From Acutalibacteraceae bacterium (GTDB lineage: Bacteria > Bacillota > Clostridia > Oscillospirales > Acutalibacteraceae), in NCBI GenBank assembly GCA_045577815.1, contig JAZNJB010000006.1, positions 10,332-74,331 of the forward strand: 64,000 nucleotides of DNA. Reading direction: 5' to 3'. The position numbers and the translations under genes were made by a program. Positions 53,300 to 63,046 of this stretch are shown piece after piece (the stretch's first letter is position 1; each line of letters begins with the position of its first letter). The notes beneath the pieces are model-generated. The model ran no database searches. It saw only the letters and a program-made list of their open reading frames with translations, and was not told the origin of the DNA.

Positions 53300-55322
53300 A
53301 TAATGATTCGCCGAATTTGTCGTAAATACCTTTACCGTTTGAGTTATAAGCTCTTACGGTATAAAAATATTTCACACCTTTTTTCCTTTCGGTTTTATCT
53401 ACGAATGTCAAAGACGTTGTCTTACCGAGATTTCTCCATTCGCCTTCTTTGGTTTTTCTGTAAACATAGTAGCCTGTCGCACCGCTTACCTCGCTCCATT
53501 TAACAACAGCTTGTTTTTTACTGTTAAGCTTAACACTCTGATTTTCAGGAGCATTAAGGCAATTAATGCCTATGCCATTTTCATAAGAGCCCTCATATTT
53601 TCCGTTCATTGCCGTAACGGTGTAATAATATTTCGAGCCCTTTTTGGCAGTTTTATCCTTGTAGGAAAGAACATCGGAAACCTCTGCAATTTCCTTATAA
53701 TCACCTGATGGTGTTCTTCTGTAAATCTTATAAGAGGTTGCACCTGCAACGCGCTTCCATTTAACAACGTTACCATCACTCCAATTAACAGAAAGCAACT
53801 CAGGTGCACTCATATACAGATATGTTCGCATATTATTACCTGAAATGCCCTCGCCATATTCATTTGCTGCTGCTACATAATATGTGTAGAAATAGTTGTT
53901 GGCTTTTTCGGTTGTATCATAAAAGCTTGTTTTTGTAGTGGTACCCACCAGCTTATAGTCTTCAAAGGGGGATTCTCTGTAAATTTTATACTTTGTTGCA
54001 CCCTCAACCGCTTTCCATTTAAGGAATATGCTGTTGTCAACATCTGCCTTTATGGTTGTGATTTTTGGCTCAGCAAGGCAGTGAGCATCAACGCCCTTTG
54101 TATCAAAGCTGCTGCTTGTGTTTTCTTTTTCCACTACAAGTGAATAGGTGTATTTTTTCCCCGGAGTAACCTCTGCATCAACATAAGAAAGCTCATCCGC
54201 ACCTGAATAAATCAAATCCCATTCATCTTCACTGTTCTTTTTATAAAGCTTGTAGCCTATAGCATTTTTAACCTTTTTCCACTCAATTCTTACAGTCTGA
54301 CCTGCGCCATAGGCAGTGGGTTGTTTAACACCGAAAAGAGTTATTGATTTTTTGTTTGATAAAACGCCTGAGCTTGTACCGTTTGCAGCCTTGACTGCAT
54401 AAATATATTTTTCACCGTCAGTCTTGGAGGATTTATCCGTATATTTCAAAGCATCTGCATCAACTGTTGCAATACGGGTATATTTTTTCTCGTCTGCGGT
54501 TTTTCTGTATATTCTGTATTTTTCTGCACCATTAACCTCTTCCCATGAAATTCGGATTTTATTATCCTGAAGTGTTTTCGGAGCATTAAGTACAGGCTGT
54601 GCAAGATAAATTAAATCAACACCAATTTTATTTTGCTTGCTGTAACAATCCTCGTCAAAGGCTCTGATTGTGTAGGTATATTTTTCGCCCTTTACTGCAG
54701 TTTTGTCAGTATATTCACGCCCTTTTACATCTGCAATTATCTGGTAATCTGTACCCTCCTGCTTTCTGTAAACTCTGTAAAAATCCGCATAGGTAACCTT
54801 TTTCCATTTAATATAGTTTCCTGAATAGAGCGCCTCAGCCTCGTATATTTTCGGTGTTACATTTGCAATTTTGTTAAGCTTAACATCAAATTGATAGATG
54901 CTATCTTTATCAATAATAAGGTTACCATCCTTTTGAATATATGTGAAGGTCAGACCATAATATGTTCCGCTTTCAAGCTTTGAAAAATCTATGTTAAGGC
55001 TACCCGTACTGTCAACAGTAGGGAAAGCACCGCTTTTGTTTATGAGAATATTCTGCCTTTCTGCATCAGAGTAAATAGTAAAGCCGTAATAAACATTATC
55101 TTTTTTACCCTTACTGTCAAATTTAAAAGTAAGCAAGCCTTTATCTTCATTAACAGAATATGATTTGCACCGGGTTTTAAAGTTTGATTTTACGGGAATC
55201 ATCAAGCCATATTTACCATCATAGGATTTATATTTTGTTGCCGCTAAGGTTGTAACGGACAAGGCTGAAAGCAAGCATAATACCGCAAGAAACACCGATA
55301 ACGATTTTTTCATTGTTTTCAT
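53298..55322 (-). CDS. secreted repeat protein, paralog of 34506..37466: homologous N-terminal domain plus six FN3-like modules
   Basis: Signal peptide MKTMKKSLSVFLAVLCLLSALSVTTLAA. Six Y.hYRK...W..I...Y.D...G..Y.Y.V.A modules. Confidence 0.8.
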   Translation of the reverse strand: MKTMKKSLSVFLAVLCLLSALSVTTLAATKYKSYDGKYGLMIPVKSNFKTRCKSYSVNEDKGLLTFKFDSKGKKDNVYYGFTIYSDAERQNILINKSGAFPTVDSTGSLNIDFSKLESGTYYGLTFTYIQKDGNLIIDKDSIYQFDVKLNKIANVTPKIYEAEALYSGNYIKWKKVTYADFYRVYRKQEGTDYQIIADVKGREYTDKTAVKGEKYTYTIRAFDEDCYSKQNKIGVDLIYLAQPVLNAPKTLQDNKIRISWEEVNGAEKYRIYRKTADEKKYTRIATVDADALKYTDKSSKTDGEKYIYAVKAANGTSSGVLSNKKSITLFGVKQPTAYGAGQTVRIEWKKVKNAIGYKLYKKNSEDEWDLIYSGADELSYVDAEVTPGKKYTYSLVVEKENTSSSFDTKGVDAHCLAEPKITTIKADVDNSIFLKWKAVEGATKYKIYRESPFEDYKLVGTTTKTSFYDTTEKANNYFYTYYVAAANEYGEGISGNNMRTYLYMSAPELLSVNWSDGNVVKWKRVAGATSYKIYRRTPSGDYKEIAEVSDVLSYKDKTAKKGSKYYYTVTAMNGKYEGSYENGIGINCLNAPENQSVKLNSKKQAVVKWSEVSGATGYYVYRKTKEGEWRNLGKTTSLTFVDKTERKKGVKYFYTVRAYNSNGKGIYDKFGESL

Positions 55323-55873
55323 CTTTTGCTCTCCTTTTGTCTTTCAAAATATTTATCTGCCTTAAGAATTATTGTCTGGGTTTTGGAGTCCTTGATTTCA
55401 CCATTCATAACCATATCAACTGCCTGACTTAAGGGCATTTTAAGTGTATTCACAAACTCATCTTCATCAAGATGCTGTTCACCCTGAACTAAATCTGTTG
55501 CAATATACATATGAATTACTTCGTCAATAAGTGCAGGGGTTGTGTATAAATCGCCAATTGAAAAAATATTATTTGCTGTAAGCCCTGTTTCCTCGGAAAG
55601 CTCACGAAGTGCAGCTTCCATAGGGTCTTCCCCTTTTTCAAGCTTACCCGCCGGGACTTCTAAAGTAACTTTATCGAGAGCATATCTGAACTGGTTCACA
55701 AAAACGACCTGACCATCTTCGGTTATGGGCAAAACGCAAACTGCACCGGGATGGCGGATAACCTCCCGAACACCCTTGTTGCCGTTAGGAAGAAGAATTT
55801 CATCTTTAAAAAGATGAATTGCAACTCCGTCAAAAATTTCTTCGGAAGAAATTTTCTTTTCTTCAAGCTTCAT
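55319..55873 (-). CDS. nudF: NUDIX hydrolase (ADP-ribose pyrophosphatase-like)
   Basis: Nudix box GKLEKGEDPMEAALRELSEETG. The stop overlaps the start of the downstream repeat-protein gene (ATGA). Confidence 0.85.
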   Translation of the reverse strand: MKLEEKKISSEEIFDGVAIHLFKDEILLPNGNKGVREVIRHPGAVCVLPITEDGQVVFVNQFRYALDKVTLEVPAGKLEKGEDPMEAALRELSEETGLTANNIFSIGDLYTTPALIDEVIHMYIATDLVQGEQHLDEDEFVNTLKMPLSQAVDMVMNGEIKDSKTQTIILKADKYFERQKESKR

Positions 55874-55906
55874 AATTACTACCTCTTTGCATAGTTATAC
55901 AGATAC

Positions 55907-55935
55907 ATTATACACCATATATTTGTCGCTTTCAA
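55907..55935 (-). promoter_or_regulatory. putative sigma-A promoter of nudF
   Basis: Minus strand TTGAAA, 17-nt spacer, TATAAT. Confidence 0.5.
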
Positions 55936-55958
55936 CTGTATTTTGTCACTTGCAATAC

Positions 55959-56217
55959 TTTTACAAAGGGTTTTCTTTACGGGGCAACCCACCACCGCTT
56001 AATCGTACAATAACTCCACGCTTGAAACTGTATTCAAACAATAATTAACGGTAAGTCCTCTTGCGGTACCCAAAATTGTTTGCTCGTTATTCACTTCGCA
56101 CAATTTTGACCGCTACGCCAACTCACACTCCCTGTATCGCCCACAGGGCGCGGTCGTGCTCCTTGCCCCCTCCCTATTCCATCATAGATGGAACAGGGAT
56201 GATAATATTTGCATCAC
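55959..56217 (-). repeat. family-2 repeat unit (copy B) carrying an internal insertion of about 150 nt
   Basis: The minus strand reads TATCATCCCTG-hairpin-TAGGGAGGGGG..GACCGC, then the insertion, then GCGGTGGTGGGTTGCC-CCGTAAAGAAAACCCTTTGTA. Confidence 0.85.
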
Positions 56218-56237
56218 TTCTACTTTATTGTTTGCTC

Positions 56238-56266
56238 TTGACTTTAAATCAATTCTATTGTAAAAT
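56238..56266 (+). promoter_or_regulatory. putative sigma-A promoter of rnpB
   Basis: TTGACT, 17-nt spacer, TAAAAT, ending about 6 nt before the predicted P1 5' strand. Confidence 0.6.
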
Positions 56267-56270
56267 TTTC

Positions 56271-56619
56271 TTCGGTAAAATGGGCAGTCGCGGGTATGAA
56301 TTTTTCATATACGAGGAAAGTCCGGGCATCTCACGGCAGGGTAACTGCTAACGGCAGCCGAGGGAAACCTTAGGGAAAGTGCAACAGAGAGATACCGCCG
56401 AATTTATTCGGTAAGGGTGGAAAGGCGAGGTAAGAGCTCACCGGCATAGTGGAGACATTATGGCCATGTAAACCCTACCCGATGCAACACCGACAGGGGT
56501 GCGCCGTGCAGCGAATTTTATTCGCAACCCCGAAGGGTGGCTAGAGCCATTTGGCAACAAATGGCGTAGATAGATGATTGCCTTAAACGACAGAACCCGG
56601 CTTACAGTTTTACCGATAA
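56271..56619 (+). ncRNA. rnpB: RNase P RNA (bacterial type A)
   Basis: Universal GAGGAAAGTCCGGGC (P4 5' strand) and ACAGAACCCGGCTTA (P4 3' strand). The 5' TCGGTAAAA pairs with the 3' TTTTACCGA as P1. Ends are approximate (plus or minus 5 nt). Confidence 0.92.
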
Positions 56620-56640
56620 GCTTTAAATTAAGCGCAGAAC

Positions 56641-56675
56641 GAAAAGAAGAACAGATTTTTTCTGTTCTTCTTTTC
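56641..56675 (+). terminator. rho-independent terminator after rnpB
   Basis: GAAAAGAAGAACAG-ATTTTTT-CTGTTCTTCTTTTC. Confidence 0.8.
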
Positions 56676-56767
56676 TATGTGTTTTTTTACCCACTCGGAG
56701 TATCTATATACACCTTCGGGGTGATAAAACATATTCTGCATCTAAATTTATTAGCTTCTCATTTTAA

Positions 56768-57382
56768 CTATAACTGCGGTTTTTCATTCAGATGTGAATA
56801 GTCGTTAAGAAACTTAAGTTTTGTTTTAACGGCATTCTTTTCTTTTAAATATTGCACCAATGAAACACCTGTATTAACATGTGAAAAATTAAAATTTTCT
56901 TTTAAGGGAAAATCCAATGCCGCAAGAACAAGGTAGCTGTTAAATGTGCCGTGAGCGATTATAACAACCGTGCTTTCGAAGTCGTTTCCGGCTTTGATTT
57001 TTTCTATTATTTTCTTTGCTCTGTTATATGCTTTTTCATCATTTTCCTCGCCTAAAGGTGTGCGATGATTAATTTCAGCATCAGGGCAAAGCTTTTTTAT
57101 TTCTTCATCAGGAAGACCTATGTAATCAGGTGCAGTCCCTTTTTCAAGAAGCAGAGAATCTATAATAATTGGTGTAGTTTTGTGATATTCTCTCACCGCA
57201 TTTGCAGTTTTAACTGCTCTGACTAAAGGACTCACATAAAATTTATCAATATTATCATTTTTAAATCTTTCAGCTAAAAGAGCAATCTGCCTTTCGCCCT
57301 TTGGAGTAAGGTCAGTTTCCGAAAAACCGTCACCATTAAGATTACCAAAGGTTTCTCCATGACGGATTATATATAATTTCAA
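56768..57382 (-). CDS. histidine phosphatase family protein (phosphoglycerate-mutase-like)
   Basis: LYIIRHGETFGN catalytic motif. Best start is TTG 57382 (MKLYIIRHGE) with GGAGGGG 6 nt upstream. The longer frames (ATG 57400, 57427) run into the repeat element. Confidence 0.8.
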   Translation of the reverse strand: MKLYIIRHGETFGNLNGDGFSETDLTPKGERQIALLAERFKNDNIDKFYVSPLVRAVKTANAVREYHKTTPIIIDSLLLEKGTAPDYIGLPDEEIKKLCPDAEINHRTPLGEENDEKAYNRAKKIIEKIKAGNDFESTVVIIAHGTFNSYLVLAALDFPLKENFNFSHVNTGVSLVQYLKEKNAVKTKLKFLNDYSHLNEKPQL

Positions 57383-57496
57383 GTAGTTCCCCTCCCTCAT
57401 CGACGAAGTAAATAGGGAACGGGGCAACCCACCACCGCTAACGCGGTCCCCCTCCCTATTTTGTTTTCAACAAAACAGGGATGATAAACTTCGCTC
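57383..57496 (-). repeat. family-2 repeat unit (copy C) filling the intergenic gap and supplying the SD of the phosphatase gene
   Basis: 64 nt identical to 49969-50032. The minus strand ends ..GATGAGGGAGGGGAACTAC-TTG. Confidence 0.9.
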
Positions 57497-57507
57497 TGTT
57501 TTTACTC

Positions 57508-58302
57508 TTATGTATCAGGATTATGCTTTGCTAATTCTTCAAGCTCTCGTTGCCGTTGGTTTTCTTTTATATTTTCTTCAAGTTCATCAATAAATTCCTG
57601 ACGATTCTTCTTCACCATTCTTTTAAGCTCTCTTTCAACCTCTCTGACATGGTAAATACCGCCTAAATTTATGAAGCCGTCAGGAATTTCTATTCTTATT
57701 GAGCCTGTTTTAAATATGCCCCAGAATGGATTGCTGACTTTTATATTTCTGCACCTGTATAATCCTCTGTAATAGCAAAATTCAACATTTTCAAAATCCT
57801 CTTCCGAGTATGTGCTCCACAGCTCCTCGTATCTCAAAAGAGTAACAGGCTTACCTGTTCTGTAAATATAAAGTCCGCTATTATCATATTCCATAATTGT
57901 TCGTGGGGTAAACAAGCGATCCAAAAACAAGCCCAAAAATACAATTAAATAAAAGCTGTAGCTTATTATGCATTCCCATAGCAACAAATCGAATGAACTG
58001 ACAGAATTTAATCCTATGCTATGAATATGATCAAATCGGGTTCCGGAAACAACCTCTTCGCTAATTTGAAAATTATTAATATACCCATAATTCCACGCAT
58101 GTCTGAAACTACTGAATTTATACCTATCCAAAAATGTAAAAAGATAAATAACAAAAAGTGTATCTTTGTCAGGCTCAATTACATCTTTTAAAACCAGAAT
58201 TGAATACACCAAGGCAAACCCGCTTAAAAGTATAAAAACGGGCATTACAAATAATATTCCGTTTGCTCTTCGGGCTAAAACCTTAACCTTAGAAACATCC
58301 AT
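57508..58302 (-). CDS. membrane protein with possible bacterial-PH-like domain and C-terminal coiled coil
   Basis: TM segments followed by ..IMEYDNSGLYIYRTGKPVTL..; paralogous in layout to the upstream gene. Confidence 0.6.
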   Translation of the reverse strand: MDVSKVKVLARRANGILFVMPVFILLSGFALVYSILVLKDVIEPDKDTLFVIYLFTFLDRYKFSSFRHAWNYGYINNFQISEEVVSGTRFDHIHSIGLNSVSSFDLLLWECIISYSFYLIVFLGLFLDRLFTPRTIMEYDNSGLYIYRTGKPVTLLRYEELWSTYSEEDFENVEFCYYRGLYRCRNIKVSNPFWGIFKTGSIRIEIPDGFINLGGIYHVREVERELKRMVKKNRQEFIDELEENIKENQRQRELEELAKHNPDT

Positions 58303-58303
58303 T

Positions 58304-58855
58304 TTATTTCATCCTTAATGCGTTTTCCGTTTTTCTTCTTTTGGAAGAAATGATTTTATGAAGCTCGTTTCTCACTTCTCTGGCATTTTTTATGCCGTGA
58401 ACTCTTACAAGCTCATCCTTACAGTTGATAACAACAATTCCTGTTGAAGATAAATCCCACGCTGCCTTAAAAATACCTATAATTTCACCGATATCGGTTA
58501 CTTTTCTTATGGCATCTATAAAAGCATCTATACTGCCGTGAACCTGAAGATTGTCAACACTTCTAACATCAGCCCAAGGAATTGTCTGAGTTCCTTTTAA
58601 ACCTCGGTTGATATATAAATTCGCTGAATCGTATTCAAGTATTTTGCTCGGTAAAATAATCCTGCGAAAAAAACGTAAAACCGCAACAATCGCAGTTATG
58701 CACCCGATTAAATTAATAAACCAAAAAAGTAAGCTTAAGCCACTTCCATCCACCAGATAAAACTGTCTGAAAAAATAAAACAAAACCAGATATAATGGTG
58801 TAAGAATAAACACTGCATTTTCTCTTTTACCTAATGTGATTAAATTATTATCCAT
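58304..58855 (-). CDS. membrane protein with possible bacterial-PH-like domain
   Basis: Two TM helices then ILEYDSANLYINRGLKGTQTIPWADVRSV. 1-nt gap to the next gene. Confidence 0.6.
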   Translation of the reverse strand: MDNNLITLGKRENAVFILTPLYLVLFYFFRQFYLVDGSGLSLLFWFINLIGCITAIVAVLRFFRRIILPSKILEYDSANLYINRGLKGTQTIPWADVRSVDNLQVHGSIDAFIDAIRKVTDIGEIIGIFKAAWDLSSTGIVVINCKDELVRVHGIKNAREVRNELHKIISSKRRKTENALRMK

Positions 58856-58945
58856 AAAAGCACCTCTTTTTGCTTTCTTTAGAAAAATTTTATCAAATAA
58901 TATGTATAATTACAAGATAAACAACAAAAAATTCATCAAAAACTA

Positions 58946-58974
58946 TTGATACTTTCATTGTTTTCTGCGATAAT
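58946..58974 (+). promoter_or_regulatory. putative sigma-A promoter of gltX-glnS
   Basis: TTGATA, 17-nt spacer, GATAAT. Confidence 0.5.
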
Positions 58975-59019
58975 GTAAAATGTTAAATTATGCAATCTTA
59001 TTTTATTGGAGTTTTTTAT

Positions 59020-60684
59020 ATGAATTACGACTGCAACAAATTAGCAGAGCTTCTTTTTCCCAATGTTACGGAAACTATAGAAGACCTTGAAAAAAAATAC
59101 CCCGAAAGAAATTTAAAGGAAGGTGCTCGTGTTACACGATTTGCCCCCTCTCCAACAGGCTATCTTCACATTGGCGGTCTTTTCGGCGCACTTGTTGACG
59201 TGCTTACTGCAAAGGCAACAGGCGGTGTTGCTTACCTTCGAGTTGAAGATACCGACAAAAAGCGTGAAATTGAAGATGGCGTTTCTGCAATAATCAATGG
59301 TTTTGATTCTTTCGGAATTGATTTTGATGAGGGTGTTACAGGCTTCAATACAGAAAAAGGCGCTTATGGTCCTTATACCCAAAGCCAACGTGCAGAAATT
59401 TATCATATCGTTGCAAAAGAGTTAGTGCAAAAAGGTCTTGCTTACCCTTGCTTCTGTACTGCAGATGAGCTTTCCGAAATCCGTCAGGAGCAGGAAAAGG
59501 GCGATGCTCTTATCTGGGGTTACTTTGGCAAATGGGCAAAATGCCGTGACCTTTCCTTCGAAGAAATTGAAGATAATATAAAGAACGGCAAACCCTATGT
59601 TCTTCGCTTCCGTTCTGACGGACAAGAAGATAAAAGAATTTTCTTTGACGATATTATCCGTGGCAAAATCGAAATGCCTGAAAATATTATTGACGAGGTT
59701 CTTTTGAAATCCGATGGTATTCCTACTTACCACTTCGCTCACGCTTGTGACGACCACTTTATGAGAACAACTCATGTTATTCGTGGTGAAGAATGGATTT
59801 CTTCAGTTCCTAAGCATATTGCACTTTTCAAAGCCTGCGGTTTTAAGGTGCCCAAATATGCTCATACTCCTCAGGTTATGAAAATTGATGAAGAGGACGG
59901 AACAAAGCGCAAGCTTTCAAAGCGCAAAGACCCTGAAGCAGCAGTAAGCTACTTTGTTGAAGAGGGCTTCCCCAAGGAAAGCCTCATTGAGTATCTTCTC
60001 ACTCTTCTCAACTCAAATTTTGAAGACTGGCGCAGAGCAAACCAAACTGCTGATGCTTTTTCTTTCCCCTTTAATCTTAAGAAAATGAGCCCCAGCGGAT
60101 GCCTTTTCGACCTTGTAAAGCTCAATGACGTAAGTAAAAATGTTATTTCCGTTATGAATGCACAAACTGTTTATGATTATATTTCAGCTTGGGCAGAAAA
60201 ATTTGACGAGGATTTCTTCAAGGTATTCACTGCAAATCCGGAAAAAGCAAAAGCAATGGTGAACATCGACAGAGAAAGCAACAAACCCCGTAAGGATATT
60301 GCAAAATGGAGCGAGGTTAAGGAATATTTCTCATATATGTTTGATGAATATTATGAAGCTTCTTTTGAGCTTCCCGAAAACATCGAAAAAGAGGATGCAA
60401 AAGCAATTCTTGAAAATTACCTCAAGGTTTACAGTGCCGATGACGATAAGGACATCTGGTTCTCTAAAATAAAAGACCTTTGCGAGCCTTTGGGCTTCAC
60501 ACCTAACGTCAAAGAGTTCAAGAAAAACCCCGAGCTTTTCAAGGGTCACGTTGGCGATGTTTCAACAGTTATCCGCCTTGCAGTAACCTCAAGAAAAAAT
60601 ACTCCCGACCTTTGCTCAATTATGAGCCTTCTCGGTCAGGATAAGGTAAATGAAAGAATTAATAAAGTTATTTCAACACTTTAA
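59020..60684 (+). CDS. gltX: glutamate--tRNA ligase (long form)
   Basis: [14 protein letters not shown] (HIGH) and KLSKRK (KMSKS). Start ATG 59020 (GGAG upstream). Confidence 0.92.
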   Translation: MNYDCNKLAELLFPNVTETIEDLEKKYPERNLKEGARVTRFAPSPTGYLHIGGLFGALVDVLTAKATGGVAYLRVEDTDKKREIEDGVSAIINGFDSFGIDFDEGVTGFNTEKGAYGPYTQSQRAEIYHIVAKELVQKGLAYPCFCTADELSEIRQEQEKGDALIWGYFGKWAKCRDLSFEEIEDNIKNGKPYVLRFRSDGQEDKRIFFDDIIRGKIEMPENIIDEVLLKSDGIPTYHFAHACDDHFMRTTHVIRGEEWISSVPKHIALFKACGFKVPKYAHTPQVMKIDEEDGTKRKLSKRKDPEAAVSYFVEEGFPKESLIEYLLTLLNSNFEDWRRANQTADAFSFPFNLKKMSPSGCLFDLVKLNDVSKNVISVMNAQTVYDYISAWAEKFDEDFFKVFTANPEKAKAMVNIDRESNKPRKDIAKWSEVKEYFSYMFDEYYEASFELPENIEKEDAKAILENYLKVYSADDDKDIWFSKIKDLCEPLGFTPNVKEFKKNPELFKGHVGDVSTVIRLAVTSRKNTPDLCSIMSLLGQDKVNERINKVISTL

Positions 60685-60695
60685 GGAGATACATT

Positions 60696-62354
60696 ATGGA
60701 AGAAATTATTAACGAAAACGCGGGTAATTTTATCCACGATATTATTGATGAAGAATTAGCAACCGGTGTCAACACCAAGGTTCAGACCCGTTTCCCTCCC
60801 GAACCCAATGGTTATCTTCATATCGGCCACGCTAAAGCAATTTGCATTGACTTTACAACCGCTATGAAATACGGTGGCGTTTGTAACCTTCGTCTTGATG
60901 ATACGAACCCTTCAAAAGAAGACCTTGAATATGTTGAATCCATTAAGGAAGATATTGAATGGCTTGGCTTCAAATGGGAGAAATGCCTTTATGCTTCAAG
61001 CTACTTTGATTTCCTTTATGAATGTGCAATCAAGCTTATTAAAGACGGCAAGGCTTATGTTGATGACCTTTCCGCAGAGGAAATGAGAGAATACCGCGGT
61101 ACTCTTACAGAGCCCGGTAAAAACAGCCCCTATCGCGACAGAAGCGTTGAGGAAAACCTTGACCTCTTCAAGAGAATGACTGATGGCGAATTCCCTGATG
61201 GTGCAAAGGTTCTCCGTGCAAAAATTGATATGGCATCGCCTAATATGAATATGCGTGACCCTGCAATTTACAGAATTATGCATGTCAGCCATCATCAGAC
61301 AGGTGACAAATGGTGCGTTTATCCCATTTATGACTTCGCTCATCCTCTTTCTGATGCTCGCGAAGGTGTAACATATTCTCTTTGCTCTCTTGAATTTGAA
61401 AACCACAGACCCCTTTACAACTGGTTCATTGAGCAGATTGGTTTCGAAGAGCCACCCAGACAGATTGAGTTTGCTCGTCTTAACCTTAACTACTGCATCA
61501 CAAGTAAGAGAAGAAACATCCGTCTTGTTACAGACAACCTTGTAAGCGGTTGGGACGACCCCCGAATGGCTACAATCTGCGGTATGAGAAGAAGAGGTTA
61601 CCCTGCAAAAGCTCTGCGCACTTTCATTGAAAAGGTTGGCGTTTCAAAGGCTTACAGCGTTGTTGACTACGGTCTTCTTGAAGCTTGTGTAAGAGATGAG
61701 CTTAACGAAAATGCACCTCGTGCTATGGCAGTCCTTGACCCCATCAAAGTTGTTATTGATAACTACCCCGAGGGTCAGACTGAAGAAATTGAGGTTGAAA
61801 TCCATCCCAACAAACCCGAGATGGGCAAAAGAACAGTTACCTTCGGCAAGGAAATCTTCGTTGAAAGAACTGACTTTATGGCAGAGCCCGTTAAAAAATA
61901 TTTCCGCCTTTACCCCGGTAACGAGGTAAGACTTAAAGGTGCTTACTTCATCACCTGTCAGTCTTATGAAACTGATGAAAACGGAAATGTAACAGTTCTC
62001 CATTGTACCTACGACCCCGAAACAAAGGGTGGTAACGCGCCTGACGGCAGAAAAGTTAAAGGTACAATCCATTGGGCAGGTCCCAAGGCTTTCAAAGCAG
62101 AGGTTCGTCTTTATGACAGACTTTTCAATGTAGAAGACCCCGCAGGCGTTCCTGATGATGAATTTGTTAATGCAATCAACCCCAACTCTCTCATCATTCT
62201 TAAGGATTGTCTCATTGAAGAAGGCATCAAGGATGCAAAAAATCCCGATGCTTTCCAGTTTATGAGAAACGGTTATTTCTGTGTTGATAAAGATTCAACT
62301 GACGAAAATCCCATTTTCAACAGAACTGTTGAGCTTAACTCTTCTTGGAAGTAA
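60696..62354 (+). CDS. glnS: glutamine--tRNA ligase
   Basis: [17 protein letters not shown], the ITSKRR/KMSKS-like loop and the C-terminal GlnRS beta-barrels. 11 nt after gltX. Confidence 0.93.
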   Translation: MEEIINENAGNFIHDIIDEELATGVNTKVQTRFPPEPNGYLHIGHAKAICIDFTTAMKYGGVCNLRLDDTNPSKEDLEYVESIKEDIEWLGFKWEKCLYASSYFDFLYECAIKLIKDGKAYVDDLSAEEMREYRGTLTEPGKNSPYRDRSVEENLDLFKRMTDGEFPDGAKVLRAKIDMASPNMNMRDPAIYRIMHVSHHQTGDKWCVYPIYDFAHPLSDAREGVTYSLCSLEFENHRPLYNWFIEQIGFEEPPRQIEFARLNLNYCITSKRRNIRLVTDNLVSGWDDPRMATICGMRRRGYPAKALRTFIEKVGVSKAYSVVDYGLLEACVRDELNENAPRAMAVLDPIKVVIDNYPEGQTEEIEVEIHPNKPEMGKRTVTFGKEIFVERTDFMAEPVKKYFRLYPGNEVRLKGAYFITCQSYETDENGNVTVLHCTYDPETKGGNAPDGRKVKGTIHWAGPKAFKAEVRLYDRLFNVEDPAGVPDDEFVNAINPNSLIILKDCLIEEGIKDAKNPDAFQFMRNGYFCVDKDSTDENPIFNRTVELNSSWK

Positions 62355-62377
62355 TTTTTCCGAAAGGATGAATAAAG

Positions 62378-63046
62378 ATGAAATATGTATATAAAATCGT
62401 TGCAGCATTAGGTGCATTGGCAATTGTTCCTGTTTTGCTCTTTACAAAGATTTTCTATTTTAATATGTCTTCAATTGCTGTTCAGCTTCTTGCTTATATT
62501 GCACAAGCAACAGGAAAAACCAACATTCTTGAACAAACAGGTGGCAAAACACCCACAGGTATTGCTGATATGTTTTCCTTCTATGAACTTTTTGATATGT
62601 TTGGCAGTTTTAGCGGTAGCGGTGACAGAACAGTTGCTGAAACTCTCGGCGGTGTATTCACTCCCGTAGTTCTTTTTGCAGTAGTTTCATTAATGGTTGT
62701 AATCTGTGCAATTGTAACTGCAATTCTTGCAATCGTTGTAAAAAACAATCGAAAGGTTATATATTCAGGCATTGTTGGTATAGGTCTTTCATTTATGCTC
62801 AGCTGCATTTTTGAAGATATTGCTGCTCCTGTTATTGAAGGCACAGTAAGCCTTTCCACCTTGCTTGACAGTATGTGGGCAGGTTTGTTAGGTAATTTTG
62901 ATGACTTAGCTTTATCAACAAATTTCTGGTTTATACCTGCAATTTTCGGGGCAATAATTCTTTGGACCGTTCTTTACAACTACACTCTTCCCGAAAAAGA
63001 GAAAAAAGAAAGAAAATTAATGTTGGGCGAGGCTGATGAAGAATGA
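62378..63046 (+). CDS. hypothetical membrane protein
   Basis: AAGGATGA SD, multiple TM helices, acidic C-terminal tail. Confidence 0.6.
   Translation: MKYVYKIVAALGALAIVPVLLFTKIFYFNMSSIAVQLLAYIAQATGKTNILEQTGGKTPTGIADMFSFYELFDMFGSFSGSGDRTVAETLGGVFTPVVLFAVVSLMVVICAIVTAILAIVVKNNRKVIYSGIVGIGLSFMLSCIFEDIAAPVIEGTVSLSTLLDSMWAGLLGNFDDLALSTNFWFIPAIFGAIILWTVLYNYTLPEKEKKERKLMLGEADEE

Noticed and set aside
56061-56801. ORFs 56061..56351 and 56574..56801 from the track
   Set aside because: They overlap the family-2 repeat and the RNase P RNA gene (and its terminator). The rnpB signature sequences explain the region, and neither ORF has an SD.
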